This document shows positions 39,997-50,500 of a DNA stretch of 64,000 nucleotides, piece by piece (the stretch's first letter is position 1; every line of letters begins with the position of its first letter). A program made the translations under genes and the position numbers. The notes below the pieces were generated by a model that worked only from the letters and a program-made list of their open reading frames with translations, was not told where the DNA came from and ran no database searches. This DNA comes from an uncultured Actinomycetes bacterium (GTDB lineage: Bacteria; Actinomycetota; Acidimicrobiia; IMCC26256; PALSA-610), in contig CAWFFF010000001.1 of assembly GCA_963814995.1 (NCBI GenBank), positions 21,354 to 85,353 on the forward strand, read 5' to 3'.

Positions 39997-41706
39997 ATGA
40001 GAGCACGGCGCCTGGCGCGGCTCGGGGTCGTCTCGACACTCGCGGTGATCATCCTGATCGCGATGGCGGCCCCGGCGTGGGCCCACGCGATATTGAACAG
40101 CGCAGACCCGCCTCTGGACGGTGTGGCGACGCAGGCGCCGACGCAGGTCTCGCTCACCTACAGCGAGAACGTCGAGGTCTCCTTCGGCGCGGTGCGCATC
40201 TACACGTGCGCGGGCAAGCGCGTGACGACGGGCGCACCGCACCACTCGCCCGACAGCGCGCGCACGGTGCTGGTCTCGGTGCCGAAGCTCGACAACGGCG
40301 TCTACATCGTGTCGTGGCGTGTCATCTCGGCCGACTCGCATCCCGTGCAGGGCACCTATTCGTTCCGCGTCGGGCCCGGGGCGGCGCCGAGCGTCAACGG
40401 TTGCTCGGCCGAGACGACGGCGACGAGCAGCAAGACGGTCGGCGTGCTGTTCGGGTTCGCACGCGGCGGCGTCTTCGCCGGTCTCGCGCTCCTGATCGGC
40501 GGCGCGGTCTTCTTGCTCCTGGTCTCCGCGGGTACGAGCGCGCAGCGCTCCACGCGGCGCGCGACGTGGATCGGATGGATCGTCCTCGCCGTCTCGACCG
40601 TCGCCGCGCTGATGTTGCAGGGGCCGTACGCCGCGGGGTCGGGCATCGGCGACGCGGTGAAGTGGTCGGTCGTCCGCGACGTGCTGCACACACGCTTCGG
40701 CCATGTCACCGAGGTGCGCCTCCTGCTGATCATCGCCGCGCTCGCGCTGCTGGCCGTCCTCGGACCGGTGATGCGCGGCCGCCGGGCGCCGATCTGGTGG
40801 ATCGTCGCGGGCGCGGCCGTCGCCGCGGGCCTCGCCGGGACGCCCGGTTTCGCGGGCCACGCCGCCACGGGCGACTTCACGATCTTCGCGGTGCCGCTCG
40901 ACACGATCCACGTCCTCGCGATGAGCGTCTGGCTCGGCGGGCTGGTCGTGTTGCTGATCGCCGCACTGGGCGGTGGGTTCAGCGGCGGGCTCCGCCGCGC
41001 CCTGACCACCTTCTCCCGGATCGCGTTCTGGTGTGTCGTCGCGCTGATCGGCAGCGGAATCTTCGCGTCGTGGCGCCAGGTCGGGTTCCGCGTCCGCGGG
41101 TACACCAGCACGTCGTACGGGCACATCCTCCTCGTGAAGCTCGCCGTGATCGTCGGGCTGGTCGGCCTGGCCGCGATCAGCCGCTCGATCGTGCGCGGCC
41201 GCCGCGCGGCGCCCCTCGACGCGCCCGACAGCGCGATCGCCGCCATCGACGAACGCACGATCGCCGGTCTCCGCCGCTCGGTGGCCGGCGAGGTCGTGCT
41301 CGGGCTCGCCGTGCTCGCGGTCACCGCGCTGCTCGTCAACGCGCAGCCCGCGCGCAGTGCGCTCGTGCCCAGGCTGTTCTCTGGTTCCGTGACCGCGGGT
41401 ACGGGCGCGAACGCGATGACGATCGAGGTGACGGTCGACCCCGCGCGCGTCGGCCTCAACCAGATCCACATCTACACGCTTACCCCCAAGGGCGCGAATC
41501 TCACCGTCAGGGACATCTCGGCCAAGCTCGTCGACGGCAACACCAGCGTGCCCGCCGGCCTCGAGAAGGCCGGGCCGAACCACTTCCTGACGAACAGCGC
41601 CGCGATCCCGACCGCGGGCAAGTATCAGATGCTGGTCGAGGTGACGCGGATCGTCGACGGCCGGATCGTCGTCACCGCGGCGGTGCTGAACGTCCCGATC
41701 GGTTGA
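39997..41706 (+). CDS. CopC-CopD fusion copper transport protein (YcnJ-like) with C-terminal FixH/YtkA-like domain
   Basis: AWA|HAIL...P, WRVISADSHPVQG, GHA, HVLAMSVWLGG, YGHILLVK, VDPARVGLNQIH. Confidence 0.9.
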   Translation: MRARRLARLGVVSTLAVIILIAMAAPAWAHAILNSADPPLDGVATQAPTQVSLTYSENVEVSFGAVRIYTCAGKRVTTGAPHHSPDSARTVLVSVPKLDNGVYIVSWRVISADSHPVQGTYSFRVGPGAAPSVNGCSAETTATSSKTVGVLFGFARGGVFAGLALLIGGAVFLLLVSAGTSAQRSTRRATWIGWIVLAVSTVAALMLQGPYAAGSGIGDAVKWSVVRDVLHTRFGHVTEVRLLLIIAALALLAVLGPVMRGRRAPIWWIVAGAAVAAGLAGTPGFAGHAATGDFTIFAVPLDTIHVLAMSVWLGGLVVLLIAALGGGFSGGLRRALTTFSRIAFWCVVALIGSGIFASWRQVGFRVRGYTSTSYGHILLVKLAVIVGLVGLAAISRSIVRGRRAAPLDAPDSAIAAIDERTIAGLRRSVAGEVVLGLAVLAVTALLVNAQPARSALVPRLFSGSVTAGTGANAMTIEVTVDPARVGLNQIHIYTLTPKGANLTVRDISAKLVDGNTSVPAGLEKAGPNHFLTNSAAIPTAGKYQMLVEVTRIVDGRIVVTAAVLNVPIG

Positions 41707-41751
41707 GGGCGCGGCGTCGCCGCGCGCTCCGGAGGTTCCGCGCCTGGACGG

Positions 41752-42144
41752 CTACTTCTCGTCGCGCAGGGCCTGGATCAGTTGCTCGGTCTGCTCGCGC
41801 TGTTCGTAGACGAGCCGGATGATCCAGTACCGCAGGTACCGCGTCAGCGAGTTGCGCACCCAGATCACGATGCCGACAACCGCGATGCCGATGCCGATCA
41901 GTCCGAAGATCTGCGCGCGCAGCGCGCTCACCGCGGCCGTGTCGCCCTTGGCGTCGAGCGCACTCCACCACGAGATGACCGTGATGACGAAGCCGAGGAT
42001 CGTGAGCCCGATGCCCCACTGCGCGCCGAGGCGCTCCGGGTTCGCGCCGCCGCCGGTCACCTTGAGCTTGCCGACCTCCGCCTCGAACTGCGACAAACGC
42101 GACGACGACATCGTGCCGTCCGCGTCGGTGTTCTGGTCGCTCAT
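41752..42144 (-). CDS. Hypothetical two-TM protein at the end of the ABC operon
   Basis: Two hydrophobic helices; YLRYWIIRLVYEQREQT. Confidence 0.75.
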   Translation of the reverse strand: MSDQNTDADGTMSSSRLSQFEAEVGKLKVTGGGANPERLGAQWGIGLTILGFVITVISWWSALDAKGDTAAVSALRAQIFGLIGIGIAVVGIVIWVRNSLTRYLRYWIIRLVYEQREQTEQLIQALRDEK

Positions 42145-42157
42145 GACTCGCAACTCC

Positions 42158-42944
42158 TCATCGGGACTCACTGGGAGATGTTTCGGCCGTCGGGGCCGGG
42201 TGATCGGCGCCAAGATACGCGTCCGAGAGCTCGCCCGCGATGCTTGCGGGCGGGCCCGTGTGCAGAAGCCGGCCGTGCAACATGATCCCGGCGCGGTCCG
42301 CGAGACCGAGGATCTCGTGCGCGAACTGCTCGACGATCAAGATCGACAGGCCCGAGGCCGCGATCCGGCGGACGTGCTCGTACAGCTCGTCGACGATGAT
42401 CGGCGCCAGACCCATCGACAGCTCGTCGATGAGCAGGACGGCCGGCTCGGTTGCCAGCGCCCGGGCCATCGAGAGCATCTGTTGCTCACCACCCGACATC
42501 GTGCCCGCCGTCTGCTTCCGCCGTTCTCCCAGCCGGGGGAATTGCGCGAAGGCGAGCTCGAGCACCTCGTGGTACGAGTGACCGGTGTAGGTCGCCATGC
42601 GGAGGTTCTCGGCGACGGTCAGGTTCGGGAAGATGCCCCGGCCCTCCGGGATCAGGCACACGCCGGCGCGTGCCGAGCGCGTCGGGCGGTACACCGGTGA
42701 CGTCACGGCCGCAGAGGAAGACGGCGCCCGAGCTCGGGACGATCTGACCGGACGCGACCGCGAGCGTCGTCGACTTGCCCGCGCCATTCGGTCCGAGCAG
42801 CGCGAAGACCTCGCCCGGCATCAGATCGAGATCGATGCCGTGCAACACGTCGATACGGCCGTACCCGGCGCGCACCGCCGCGAGCTGCAACACCGGTACC
42901 CGGGCCGCGGCGTCGCGCCCGGGAACGCTCACGAGCGAGGTCAT
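42158..42944 (-). CDS. ABC transporter ATP-binding protein, LivF-like; frameshift near 42675
   Basis: GPNGAGKSTT, IPEGRGIFPNLTV, MSGGEQQML, IDELSMGLAP. Confidence 0.9.
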
Positions 42945-43675
42945 GACGCCGACTTCGCGGTTCCGAGGTACGCGCGCTGTACCGAGGGGTTGGCCTGGAT
43001 CTCGGCCGGCGATCCCGACGCGATGATGCGGCCGAAATCGAGCACGCTGATGTGTGTGCACGCCTCCATGACGAGCGGCATGTCGTGCTCGACGAGCAGC
43101 ACGCCGAGCCCGTCGGCGGTGAGCTCGTGCAGCAGCATGCCGAGTGCGTCGGTCTCCTGTTCGTCGAGCCCCGACGACGGTTCGTCGAGCAACAACACCC
43201 TGGGCTCCGTCGCGAGCGCCCGTGCGAGCTCCACGAGGCGTGCACTTCCCGTGGGGAGCGCCTCGACGCGCGTGTCGGCTACCGCAGTGATGCCGACGCG
43301 CGCGAGGATCTCGTCGGCGACCGCGCCGCAGTCGTAGCGCGACGACGCCCACCGCCGGCGCATCTCGAGCGCGACGAGGACGTTCTCGCGCGCGGAGAGA
43401 CTCCCGAACGCTTCCAACCGCTGGAAGGTGCGGGCGATGCCGAGGCGCGCCCGGCGGTAGGGGCGCTTGCGGGTGACCTCGGCGTCGTCGAGGAGGACGC
43501 GTCCGCGCGACGGCGACTGCAGACCCGTGATGACGTTGAACAACGTGGTCTTGCCGGCACCGTTCGGGCCGATGAGCCCGGTCACGCAGCCGCCCGGCAC
43601 CGAGAACGTCGCGTCGTCGACCGCGAGCAGGCCGCCGAACTGCACGGAGACGCCGTCGACTTCGAGCAGTGCCAT
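42941..43675 (-). CDS. ABC transporter ATP-binding protein, LivG-like
   Basis: GPNGAGKTTLFN, ARTFQ, LLLDEP, LVEHDM, VQRAYLG. Confidence 0.92.
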   Translation of the reverse strand: MALLEVDGVSVQFGGLLAVDDATFSVPGGCVTGLIGPNGAGKTTLFNVITGLQSPSRGRVLLDDAEVTRKRPYRRARLGIARTFQRLEAFGSLSARENVLVALEMRRRWASSRYDCGAVADEILARVGITAVADTRVEALPTGSARLVELARALATEPRVLLLDEPSSGLDEQETDALGMLLHELTADGLGVLLVEHDMPLVMEACTHISVLDFGRIIASGSPAEIQANPSVQRAYLGTAKSAS

Positions 43676-43676
43676 G

Positions 43677-45819
43677 TCATCCGCTCCTTCCGGTTGCGGC
43701 GGCGACGCCACGCGGGATGTCGTTGCCGATCCCGAGGCCGCGGTCGACAAGGAGCACGTCGGCTTCGGCGAAGGGCCGCTCGAGCCCGAGCTCGCCGACT
43801 TCCGGTTCGGCCGCGGCTGCGATCGCTTCCGCGTACTCCTTGCGCGCGTCTTGTCGCCACGGCAGCAAGCGGGCAAAGCCCTCGCCGATGGGCACGACCG
43901 CGCCCGACGGGTTCTGGATGATGCCCAGCACCGCGAGACCGGGCGCAAGGTACGTGATCCCGATCCACAACGAGAGGTGCCAGTCGCTCTGCACGAGCAC
44001 GAGGATCAGTCCGAAGATGCCGGCGAACAACGCGCCGGCGACGAAGCCGACTCCCCCGATGACGAGCGCGAGCACGATCGGGAGCCCCGACAGCGCCTCG
44101 AAGCCGGTCGCGCCGCTCAGCTTCCCGAACGACATGGCTATGAAGGCGCCGGCGAAACCGGCGATCCCCGCCGACAACGAGAACACGATGAGCTTGGTCT
44201 CGAGCACGTTCACACCGACGGTCACCGACGCGGCTTCGCTGTCGCGCAGCGCGACGAGCCGGCGCCCGAACGCGCTGCGCCGGAGCGCGACGACGCCGAT
44301 ACCGCACAGGCCGAACACGACGGTGACCAGGAGCAGGAACGACTTGGGTGCCGAGAAGTCGACGCCCAGGATGTGCACCGGGGCAACGGAGATCACACCC
44401 GCCCCGACCGCGAACGGTTGCGCGAAGAAGACCTCTTCGACCATCGCCGCGAACGCCAGCGTCGCCAGCGCGAGATACAGGCCCTGCAGGCGCATGGCCG
44501 GGAACGCCAGCAACGCCCCGACCGGGACGGTGACAAGGGCGGCGAGGAACACCGCCCAGATGCTGCCGTGCGCGCCGCCCAGGCGCGCGTAGGCGACGGC
44601 ACCGATACCCGCGAACGCGAGTGGCGCCAACGACACCTGTCCGGCCCAGCCCGTGAGCGGCACGAGCGAGAGCGCGACGAGTGCGGTGCACATGCCGAGG
44701 CTGATGCGGTTGACGTTCGTGGGATCGGTGCTCGAGAGGAACGTCGCCAGGACACCGATGAATGCGACCAGCGCGGCCATCCCGATCGCGGTGTCGCGCA
44801 CCGACGACACCCGCTCGACGCGCCGCACCGCATTGATGCGCGCGAACTGGATCTCGGCCTTCGGCAACAGCAGGAGCACGATGAAGAGCATGATCGTCGG
44901 CAGCGCGTCGGGAACATTCGTCCAGCGATCCGAGAACTTCAGGAACGATCCCATCCACTGCGTCGACAACGCGAGGATCAGCGCGCCGAGGTAGGTGAGC
45001 GGAAGGCTGCGCAGGCGCCCGACGACCGCGGCCGCGAACGCGGTGATGATGAGCAGGGTGAGCGTCGTGGTCGACATGTCGGCCGTCTCCGGCGCGAGGA
45101 GGATGCCCGCGAGCGCCGCCAACGAGCAGCCGAGCGCCCAGGCGAAGCTGGAGAGCACGGTCGAGCGCGCGCCCTCCGAGCAGGGCCAGCTCACGGTTGT
45201 CGACGACGGCGCGCATGGCGACACCGATACGCGTGCGGAACAGCAGGATCCGCAGGCCGATCGCGAGCCCGACCGCCACCATGATCGTGATGAACCGGTG
45301 CCAGGTGAGCAACACCTGGCCGATATGGAAGCCGTGCCCGGCGAACAGCGCGGGCATCGTGTGCGCGTCCTGCTGGTTCCAGATCATGTTCGCGAGCCCG
45401 ATCAACGCGAACATGAGCCCGACCGTGACCATGAGCTGGACGACGAGCGGTTTGCCCTGCAGCCGGCGCATGACAGTGCGGTCGAGCAGCACCCCGAACA
45501 GCGGTGCGATGACCAGCACCACCAACGGCAGCACGATCAGCTGCGGGAGGTTCCGGTCGACCGTGAGCTCCCAGTCGACGTACGCGAAGAACATGCCGAT
45601 CGCGCCCTGGGCGAAGTTGAACACGCCCGTGGTCGTGTACACGACGACGAGCCCGCTCGCCGACATCGCGATGATGCCGGCGACGGGCAACGCCACCACG
45701 ACCAGGTTGGTCAGGCTGGTCCCGGTGACCGGGTTACCGGCCCAGGCCGCCTTGCTGACGAACACGACGAACGCGATCGTCCCCGCCCACACCAGCAGGT
45801 TCGACCACCGTTGCGACAA
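43677..45819 (-). CDS. Fused LivH-LivM-type ABC permease; frameshift near 45180
   Basis: TTGVFNFAQG, GVAMRAVVDN, GWAGQVSLA, RLQGLYLALATLAF. Confidence 0.9.
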
Positions 45820-45871
45820 GCCAGCTCTCCCTCGGCCGAATCAGGTCAGTGCGTCCGACGACGAGCTCTCG

Positions 45872-47269
45872 CTAGCCGTGGTACTCCGCCGCCGCATCGA
45901 TCGTGAGCTGCAGCGCCGGCTTGTTGTTGTCGCAGTCGAACTTGCCCTTCTCGGCCGGGTCGATCTGCACGAACTTGCCGTTCTGCACCTGCAGGCCGAC
46001 GAGACACAGGCGCCCGATCCTGTTCCCGACGTCGATCTTCGGCGCCATCCCGTTGGCGTCGAAGTCGTGCATGTTCCTGATCGCAGTGAGCAGGTTCGCG
46101 CGGGTGATCGAGTTGGGATCGTCGTTGTTCGCCTTCATCGTGTCGGTGACGGCACGGGCGAAGATCTCACCGGCGATGAACGCCTGGGCGCCGAAACCGT
46201 CGGGGCTCTTGTCGTACTTGAGGAAGGCGTCGAGGTCGGGGTTCGAACCCTTGGCCTCGAAGGGCAGGAAGTTCAGCCACACGTACTGGCCCTCGACCGC
46301 GCTACCGCCCTCCTGGATGAGCCGCTTGTCGTAGCACTGCACCGAGCAGTCCCAGACCTTGACCGTGTTGACGCCCTGCACCCGCGCCTCCTTGCGCATG
46401 AGCACCGTGCCCTTGTAGTCGAGGCCGTTACGGGCGTACGTCGAGTTGTTCGACTTCAGCGCCTGGGCGACGTCGGTGTACGCGGTCTGGATGTCGGTAC
46501 CGCTCTTGCCGAACTCGGCGTCGCTCTTGATGCCCATCTGGTTCTCGGCCCGGAAGATCGGCATCGACGACGTGATCGTCGACTTGGTGTCCTTCGGGAC
46601 GACGAACACGCCGTGCAGCGAGACGCCCGGGTACTTCTTGAAGTAGTAGTCGTACTGCGTGTACCCGACGTGGTACGTGCGCTTGCCGGTTCCGCTGTAC
46701 GGGCAGCTCGAGCCGGTGGGGAGCGTGGCGAACGAGACCGGCGAGCACTGCTGCGCGACCTCGGTCTGCAGTTCGGCGAGGTCCGGGAGACCGGTCGCCT
46801 TGCCCGCCTTGTCCTTGCAGTTGTTCATGGCGCTGACGTTCTGGAAGAACAGCGCGGTCGTTCCGACGAGCGCCACCGAGTTCCCGCACGCGGCGGCGAC
46901 GGCGTTGTTCGCGTCGGTCGGGCTCAGCTTGGAGTCGGCCTGCTTGACGATCACCTTGCGGCAGGCGAGGCCGCCCTTGGAGTTCATGTAGTCGCCCCAG
47001 GCCTTCACGCCGTCCCACGAGCCCTTGAAGAGTCCGGGCCGGAAGCCGTTGTCGACGTCCGCGACCACCGTCACGGTGATCGTCTTGGCCGTCACGCCGA
47101 TCTCGGGGCTCGTGAGGGTCGCGGTCTTGCAGGCGTCCGTCGCCGTCGTGGTCGGCGTGGTCGGGCCGAGGCCTCCGCCCCCGCCGCCTCCACCGTTACT
47201 GCCCCCACTGCTGCACGCAGTGATACCGAGCACAAGAGTCGTCGCGAGGACGCACCAACGCAGCCGCAT
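45872..47269 (-). CDS. ABC transporter substrate-binding lipoprotein (Liv-like)
   Basis: Lipobox ITAC; GVTAKTITV, NSKGGLACRKV; head of the operon. Confidence 0.88.
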   Translation of the reverse strand: MRLRWCVLATTLVLGITACSSGGSNGGGGGGGGLGPTTPTTTATDACKTATLTSPEIGVTAKTITVTVVADVDNGFRPGLFKGSWDGVKAWGDYMNSKGGLACRKVIVKQADSKLSPTDANNAVAAACGNSVALVGTTALFFQNVSAMNNCKDKAGKATGLPDLAELQTEVAQQCSPVSFATLPTGSSCPYSGTGKRTYHVGYTQYDYYFKKYPGVSLHGVFVVPKDTKSTITSSMPIFRAENQMGIKSDAEFGKSGTDIQTAYTDVAQALKSNNSTYARNGLDYKGTVLMRKEARVQGVNTVKVWDCSVQCYDKRLIQEGGSAVEGQYVWLNFLPFEAKGSNPDLDAFLKYDKSPDGFGAQAFIAGEIFARAVTDTMKANNDDPNSITRANLLTAIRNMHDFDANGMAPKIDVGNRIGRLCLVGLQVQNGKFVQIDPAEKGKFDCDNNKPALQLTIDAAAEYHG

Positions 47270-47494
47270 TCTGTCTCCCCCGAGAAGTCGCTGGACGGGC
47301 CGAAGCGTACGGACATTGTGCACGCCTGTCGATCCGGAATTGGGACACACGTTCGCGAACGTTCAGCAAACCGCTCTTCGCGTCGGTCGCCCGCGGTCCC
47401 GTGCACCGAGGCAAGGTTGCCGTTCGCGGTTCCCGGACGCGACGATGCAAGCGCCCCCGGGCGATCCGAGACACCTGCACCAGGAGCACCGGAA

Positions 47495-48784
47495 GTGGCT
47501 GTCACCGTCCCCGCGCACCGCTACATCTCGCCGGAGTTCGCCGCGCTCGAGGACGAGCGGCTGTGGCCACGCGTGTGGCAGCTCGCATGCTCGGTCGACC
47601 ACGTCGCGAACCCGGGCGACTTCCACGAGGTTCGCATCGGCCCGCTCTCCGTGCTCGTCGTCCGGGGTGACGACCTCGAGCTCCGCGCGTTCCAGAACGC
47701 CTGTCGCCATCGCGGCAGCGCGCTGTGCGAGGGCTCGGGCTCCGGCCTCTCCGAGATCCGGTGCCCGTTCCACCGCTGGTCGTACGACCTGGCCGGTGGG
47801 CTCCGGGAGGTCCCCTCGCGGAGGGAATTCGGCGTGCTCGGCGCCGGACCGGACGATGCGGCCCTCGTGCCGGTCCGAGTGGACACCTGGGGGCCGCTCG
47901 TCTTCGTGAACCTCGCGTCCGATGCCGAGCCGCTCGCCGAGTTCCTCGGCGCGGTTCCCGACGACTGCTCCTGGGCGCGCGTCGACGAGTTCCGTTGCAC
48001 GGCCGCGGTCTCGATCGCGGCGCCCTGCAACTGGAAGACGCTCATCGACGGCTTCAGCGAGACCTACCACGTGCAGGGCATCCACCGCGAGATGTTGGCG
48101 ATGTGCGACGACGTGAACGGCCCGCAACGGGTCTGGGAACGTCACGGCAAGCTCAGGCAGCCGTACGGGCTGTCGTCGCCGCGCCTGCGCGACAAGCCCG
48201 ACGACCAGCGCGTGTGGGAGGCGTTCGTCGAGATCATGGGCGTGCGGGTCGGCAACGCGGAGCAGCGCGACGCCGGGCCCGCGCCCGCCGTCGCGTCGGG
48301 CGGCACCATGCGGAGCGCGATCGCGGCGATCGTCCGCGATCGCGGGGTCGGCGCCGGGCACGACTGGTTCGCGACGCTCGACGACGGGCAGCTCCTCGAC
48401 ATGACGCAGTACAACCTGTTCCCGAACGTGACGATCCTGGTGTTCGCCGACATGCTGCAGGTGGTTCGCGCCCGGCCCGGCGCCACGCCCGACGACGCGT
48501 TCATGGACGCGTTCTCGTTCGATCGCGTCGCGCCCGACGATCCGCGCCCGCGCTCGAAGCCGTTCGACATCGACCTCGTGCCCGATCAGGAGCTGCCGAT
48601 CGGCCTCGTCCTCAACCAGGACTTCGCGAACTTCGGCCGCAGTCAGCGCGGCCTGCACCAACCGGGCCTCACGAGCCTGCTGCTCTCCCCGACCGAGGAG
48701 TGCCGCATCGTGAACATGCACCAGAACCTGGAGCGGTACCTCGGCATCGCGCCGAGCGAGCTGGGCGGACCGGATCAGGAGTGA
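47495..48784 (+). CDS. Rieske aromatic ring-hydroxylating oxygenase alpha subunit
   Basis: CRHRG...CPFHRW Rieske motif; NWK...ETYHVQGIH; QD; AGGAG RBS. Confidence 0.92.
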   Translation: MAVTVPAHRYISPEFAALEDERLWPRVWQLACSVDHVANPGDFHEVRIGPLSVLVVRGDDLELRAFQNACRHRGSALCEGSGSGLSEIRCPFHRWSYDLAGGLREVPSRREFGVLGAGPDDAALVPVRVDTWGPLVFVNLASDAEPLAEFLGAVPDDCSWARVDEFRCTAAVSIAAPCNWKTLIDGFSETYHVQGIHREMLAMCDDVNGPQRVWERHGKLRQPYGLSSPRLRDKPDDQRVWEAFVEIMGVRVGNAEQRDAGPAPAVASGGTMRSAIAAIVRDRGVGAGHDWFATLDDGQLLDMTQYNLFPNVTILVFADMLQVVRARPGATPDDAFMDAFSFDRVAPDDPRPRSKPFDIDLVPDQELPIGLVLNQDFANFGRSQRGLHQPGLTSLLLSPTEECRIVNMHQNLERYLGIAPSELGGPDQE

Positions 48785-48806
48785 AGCGTCGCCGGGCTAC
48801 TCCAGG

Positions 48807-48860
48807 ACGCCCGATCTATACCGTTACGCCCGATCTATACCGTTACGCCCGATCTACACC
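48807..48860 (+). repeat. 19-bp tandem repeat (~2.8 copies) between convergent genes
   Basis: ACGCCCGATCTATACCGTT x2 plus ACGCCCGATCTACACC. Confidence 0.85.
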
Positions 48861-50042
48861 AGTACGCAACGCGTGCCGGTGTAGATCGTGGGCATGCACT
48901 TGTTGCAGTGGATGCACAGCGACTCGCGGCCCGGGTCCTTCTGCATCTCGAGCAGCAGCTCCGGCTCACGCAGGAGCGCGCGACCCATCTGGACGAACGC
49001 GAAGCCGTCGGCGAGCGCGGTGTTCACCGTGTCGAGACGGTTGATGCCGCCGAGCAGCACGAGCGGCATCGAGAGCGCGGCCCGGAACTGGCGGGCGTAC
49101 GGGAGGAAGTAGGCCTCCTCGAACGGGTACTCCTTGAAGAACTGGCCGCCGACGAGCTTGATGCCGGCCTTCATCACCCCCGGGAACATCTCCGCCATCT
49201 CCGCGATCGGCGCCTCGCCCCGGAAGAGGTACATGGGATTCTCGAACGAGCTGCCGCCGGTGAGTGTCAGCGCGTCGAGCGCACCCTGCTGCTCGAGCAT
49301 GCGCGGCGAATTCGATGCTCTCGTTCAGCCAGAAGCCGCCGCGCACGCCGTCGGCCATGTTGACCTTGGCGGTGATCGCGACGCCGGCACCCGCGGCCGA
49401 ACGCACGGCCCGCACGACATCGAGCGCGAACCGGGCACGGTTCTCGAGGCTCCCGCCATAGTCGTCGGAGCGCCGGTTCAGCTTGGGCGAGAGGAACGCG
49501 CTCAGCAGATAGCCGTGACCGATGTGCACCTCGATCGCATCGAAGCCCGCGTCGCGGAGCACGCCCGCGCCGTGTGCGTATTGATCGACGATCGTCGCGA
49601 TCTGGCTCTCGGTCACCGCACGGGTGCGGCGCATCCCGAGGGGACTGAACACGCGCGACGGTGAGAGCGCGGGCGACTTGGTGCCCATCGGGTTCGCGAC
49701 CGGGCCCGCATGACCGATCTGCGCCGCGATCGCCGCGCCTTCGGCATGCACGGCGTCGGTGAGCGCGCGCAGCCCGGTTCCGACGTCGGGATCGTCGAGG
49801 ACGATCTGGTGCCCGTCGGTGGTCCCGGCGCGCGTCACCGCGCAATACGCAACGGTGGTCATGCCGACGCCGCCGGCGGCGAAACGGCGGTGGAACTCGA
49901 TCAACTCCGGCGTGACCGCACGCTTCGGGGTACGGCCCTCGAACGTGGCCGCCTTGACGATGCGGTTGCGCAGGAGGATCGGACCGAGGCGGGTGGGGGC
50001 GAAGGGATCGATGACCGTTACGGCGGGACCGGACGCTGCCAT
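48854..50042 (-). CDS. NADH:flavin oxidoreductase (old yellow enzyme family); frameshift near 49300
   Basis: LRNRIVKAATFE, QIGHAG, GFDAIEVHIGHGYLLSAFLSP, YGGSLENR, MGRALLREP, CIHCNKC. Confidence 0.9.
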
Positions 50043-50070
50043 GCCCGGACCGTACTCTCGACGCGACACA

Positions 50071-50475
50071 ATGGGCGCCGTGGACCTCAACGACTTCTAT
50101 GACGCCGACCCGCGCCGCCGCGCGTCCGAAGAGCTCGAGTTCGGTTCGGACTGGACCGACGGCGGCGCTCGCACGCAGGTGTCGTGGGTCGAGGCCACCG
50201 GTGAGCTCTACGCGATGCGCGACCCGTTGGGCGCCCTCGTCACCGACGCGATCGGCGACACCCGCGCGAGCCCCGTCGCCGACGAAGACCTCGTCGTCGA
50301 CGTGCTCGGCACGGTGCCGGGCCGCGCCGCGGTCGAAGCGGTGATGAGTGGGTGGGAGACTGCGATGGCCTCCGGACCCGACAGCCTCGCCTGGGTGCGC
50401 GACCGGATCGTCCACGCCGGCGCGGAGATGAGCGACCCACCCGCGCGCCCGTCGCGCGATCTCCCGCCCGACTGA
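50071..50475 (+). CDS. Hypothetical protein
   Basis: FYDADPRRRASEELEFGSDW...VSWVEATGELY; host-like codon usage. Confidence 0.7.
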   Translation: MGAVDLNDFYDADPRRRASEELEFGSDWTDGGARTQVSWVEATGELYAMRDPLGALVTDAIGDTRASPVADEDLVVDVLGTVPGRAAVEAVMSGWETAMASGPDSLAWVRDRIVHAGAEMSDPPARPSRDLPPD

Positions 50476-50500
50476 CGGTCGCGCGATCTTCGGTCCGGGC

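Noticed and set aside
45197-47494. Very long alternative-frame ORFs (e.g. the 1195-aa ORF at 45197-48784 and many Arg/Pro-rich shadows)
   Set aside because: Antisense or shadow frames of real genes, expected at about 70% GC; only the Rieske part from 47495 has protein motifs.
48807-48860. Possible CRISPR array or iterons
   Set aside because: No spacers and no adjacent rep or cas gene.
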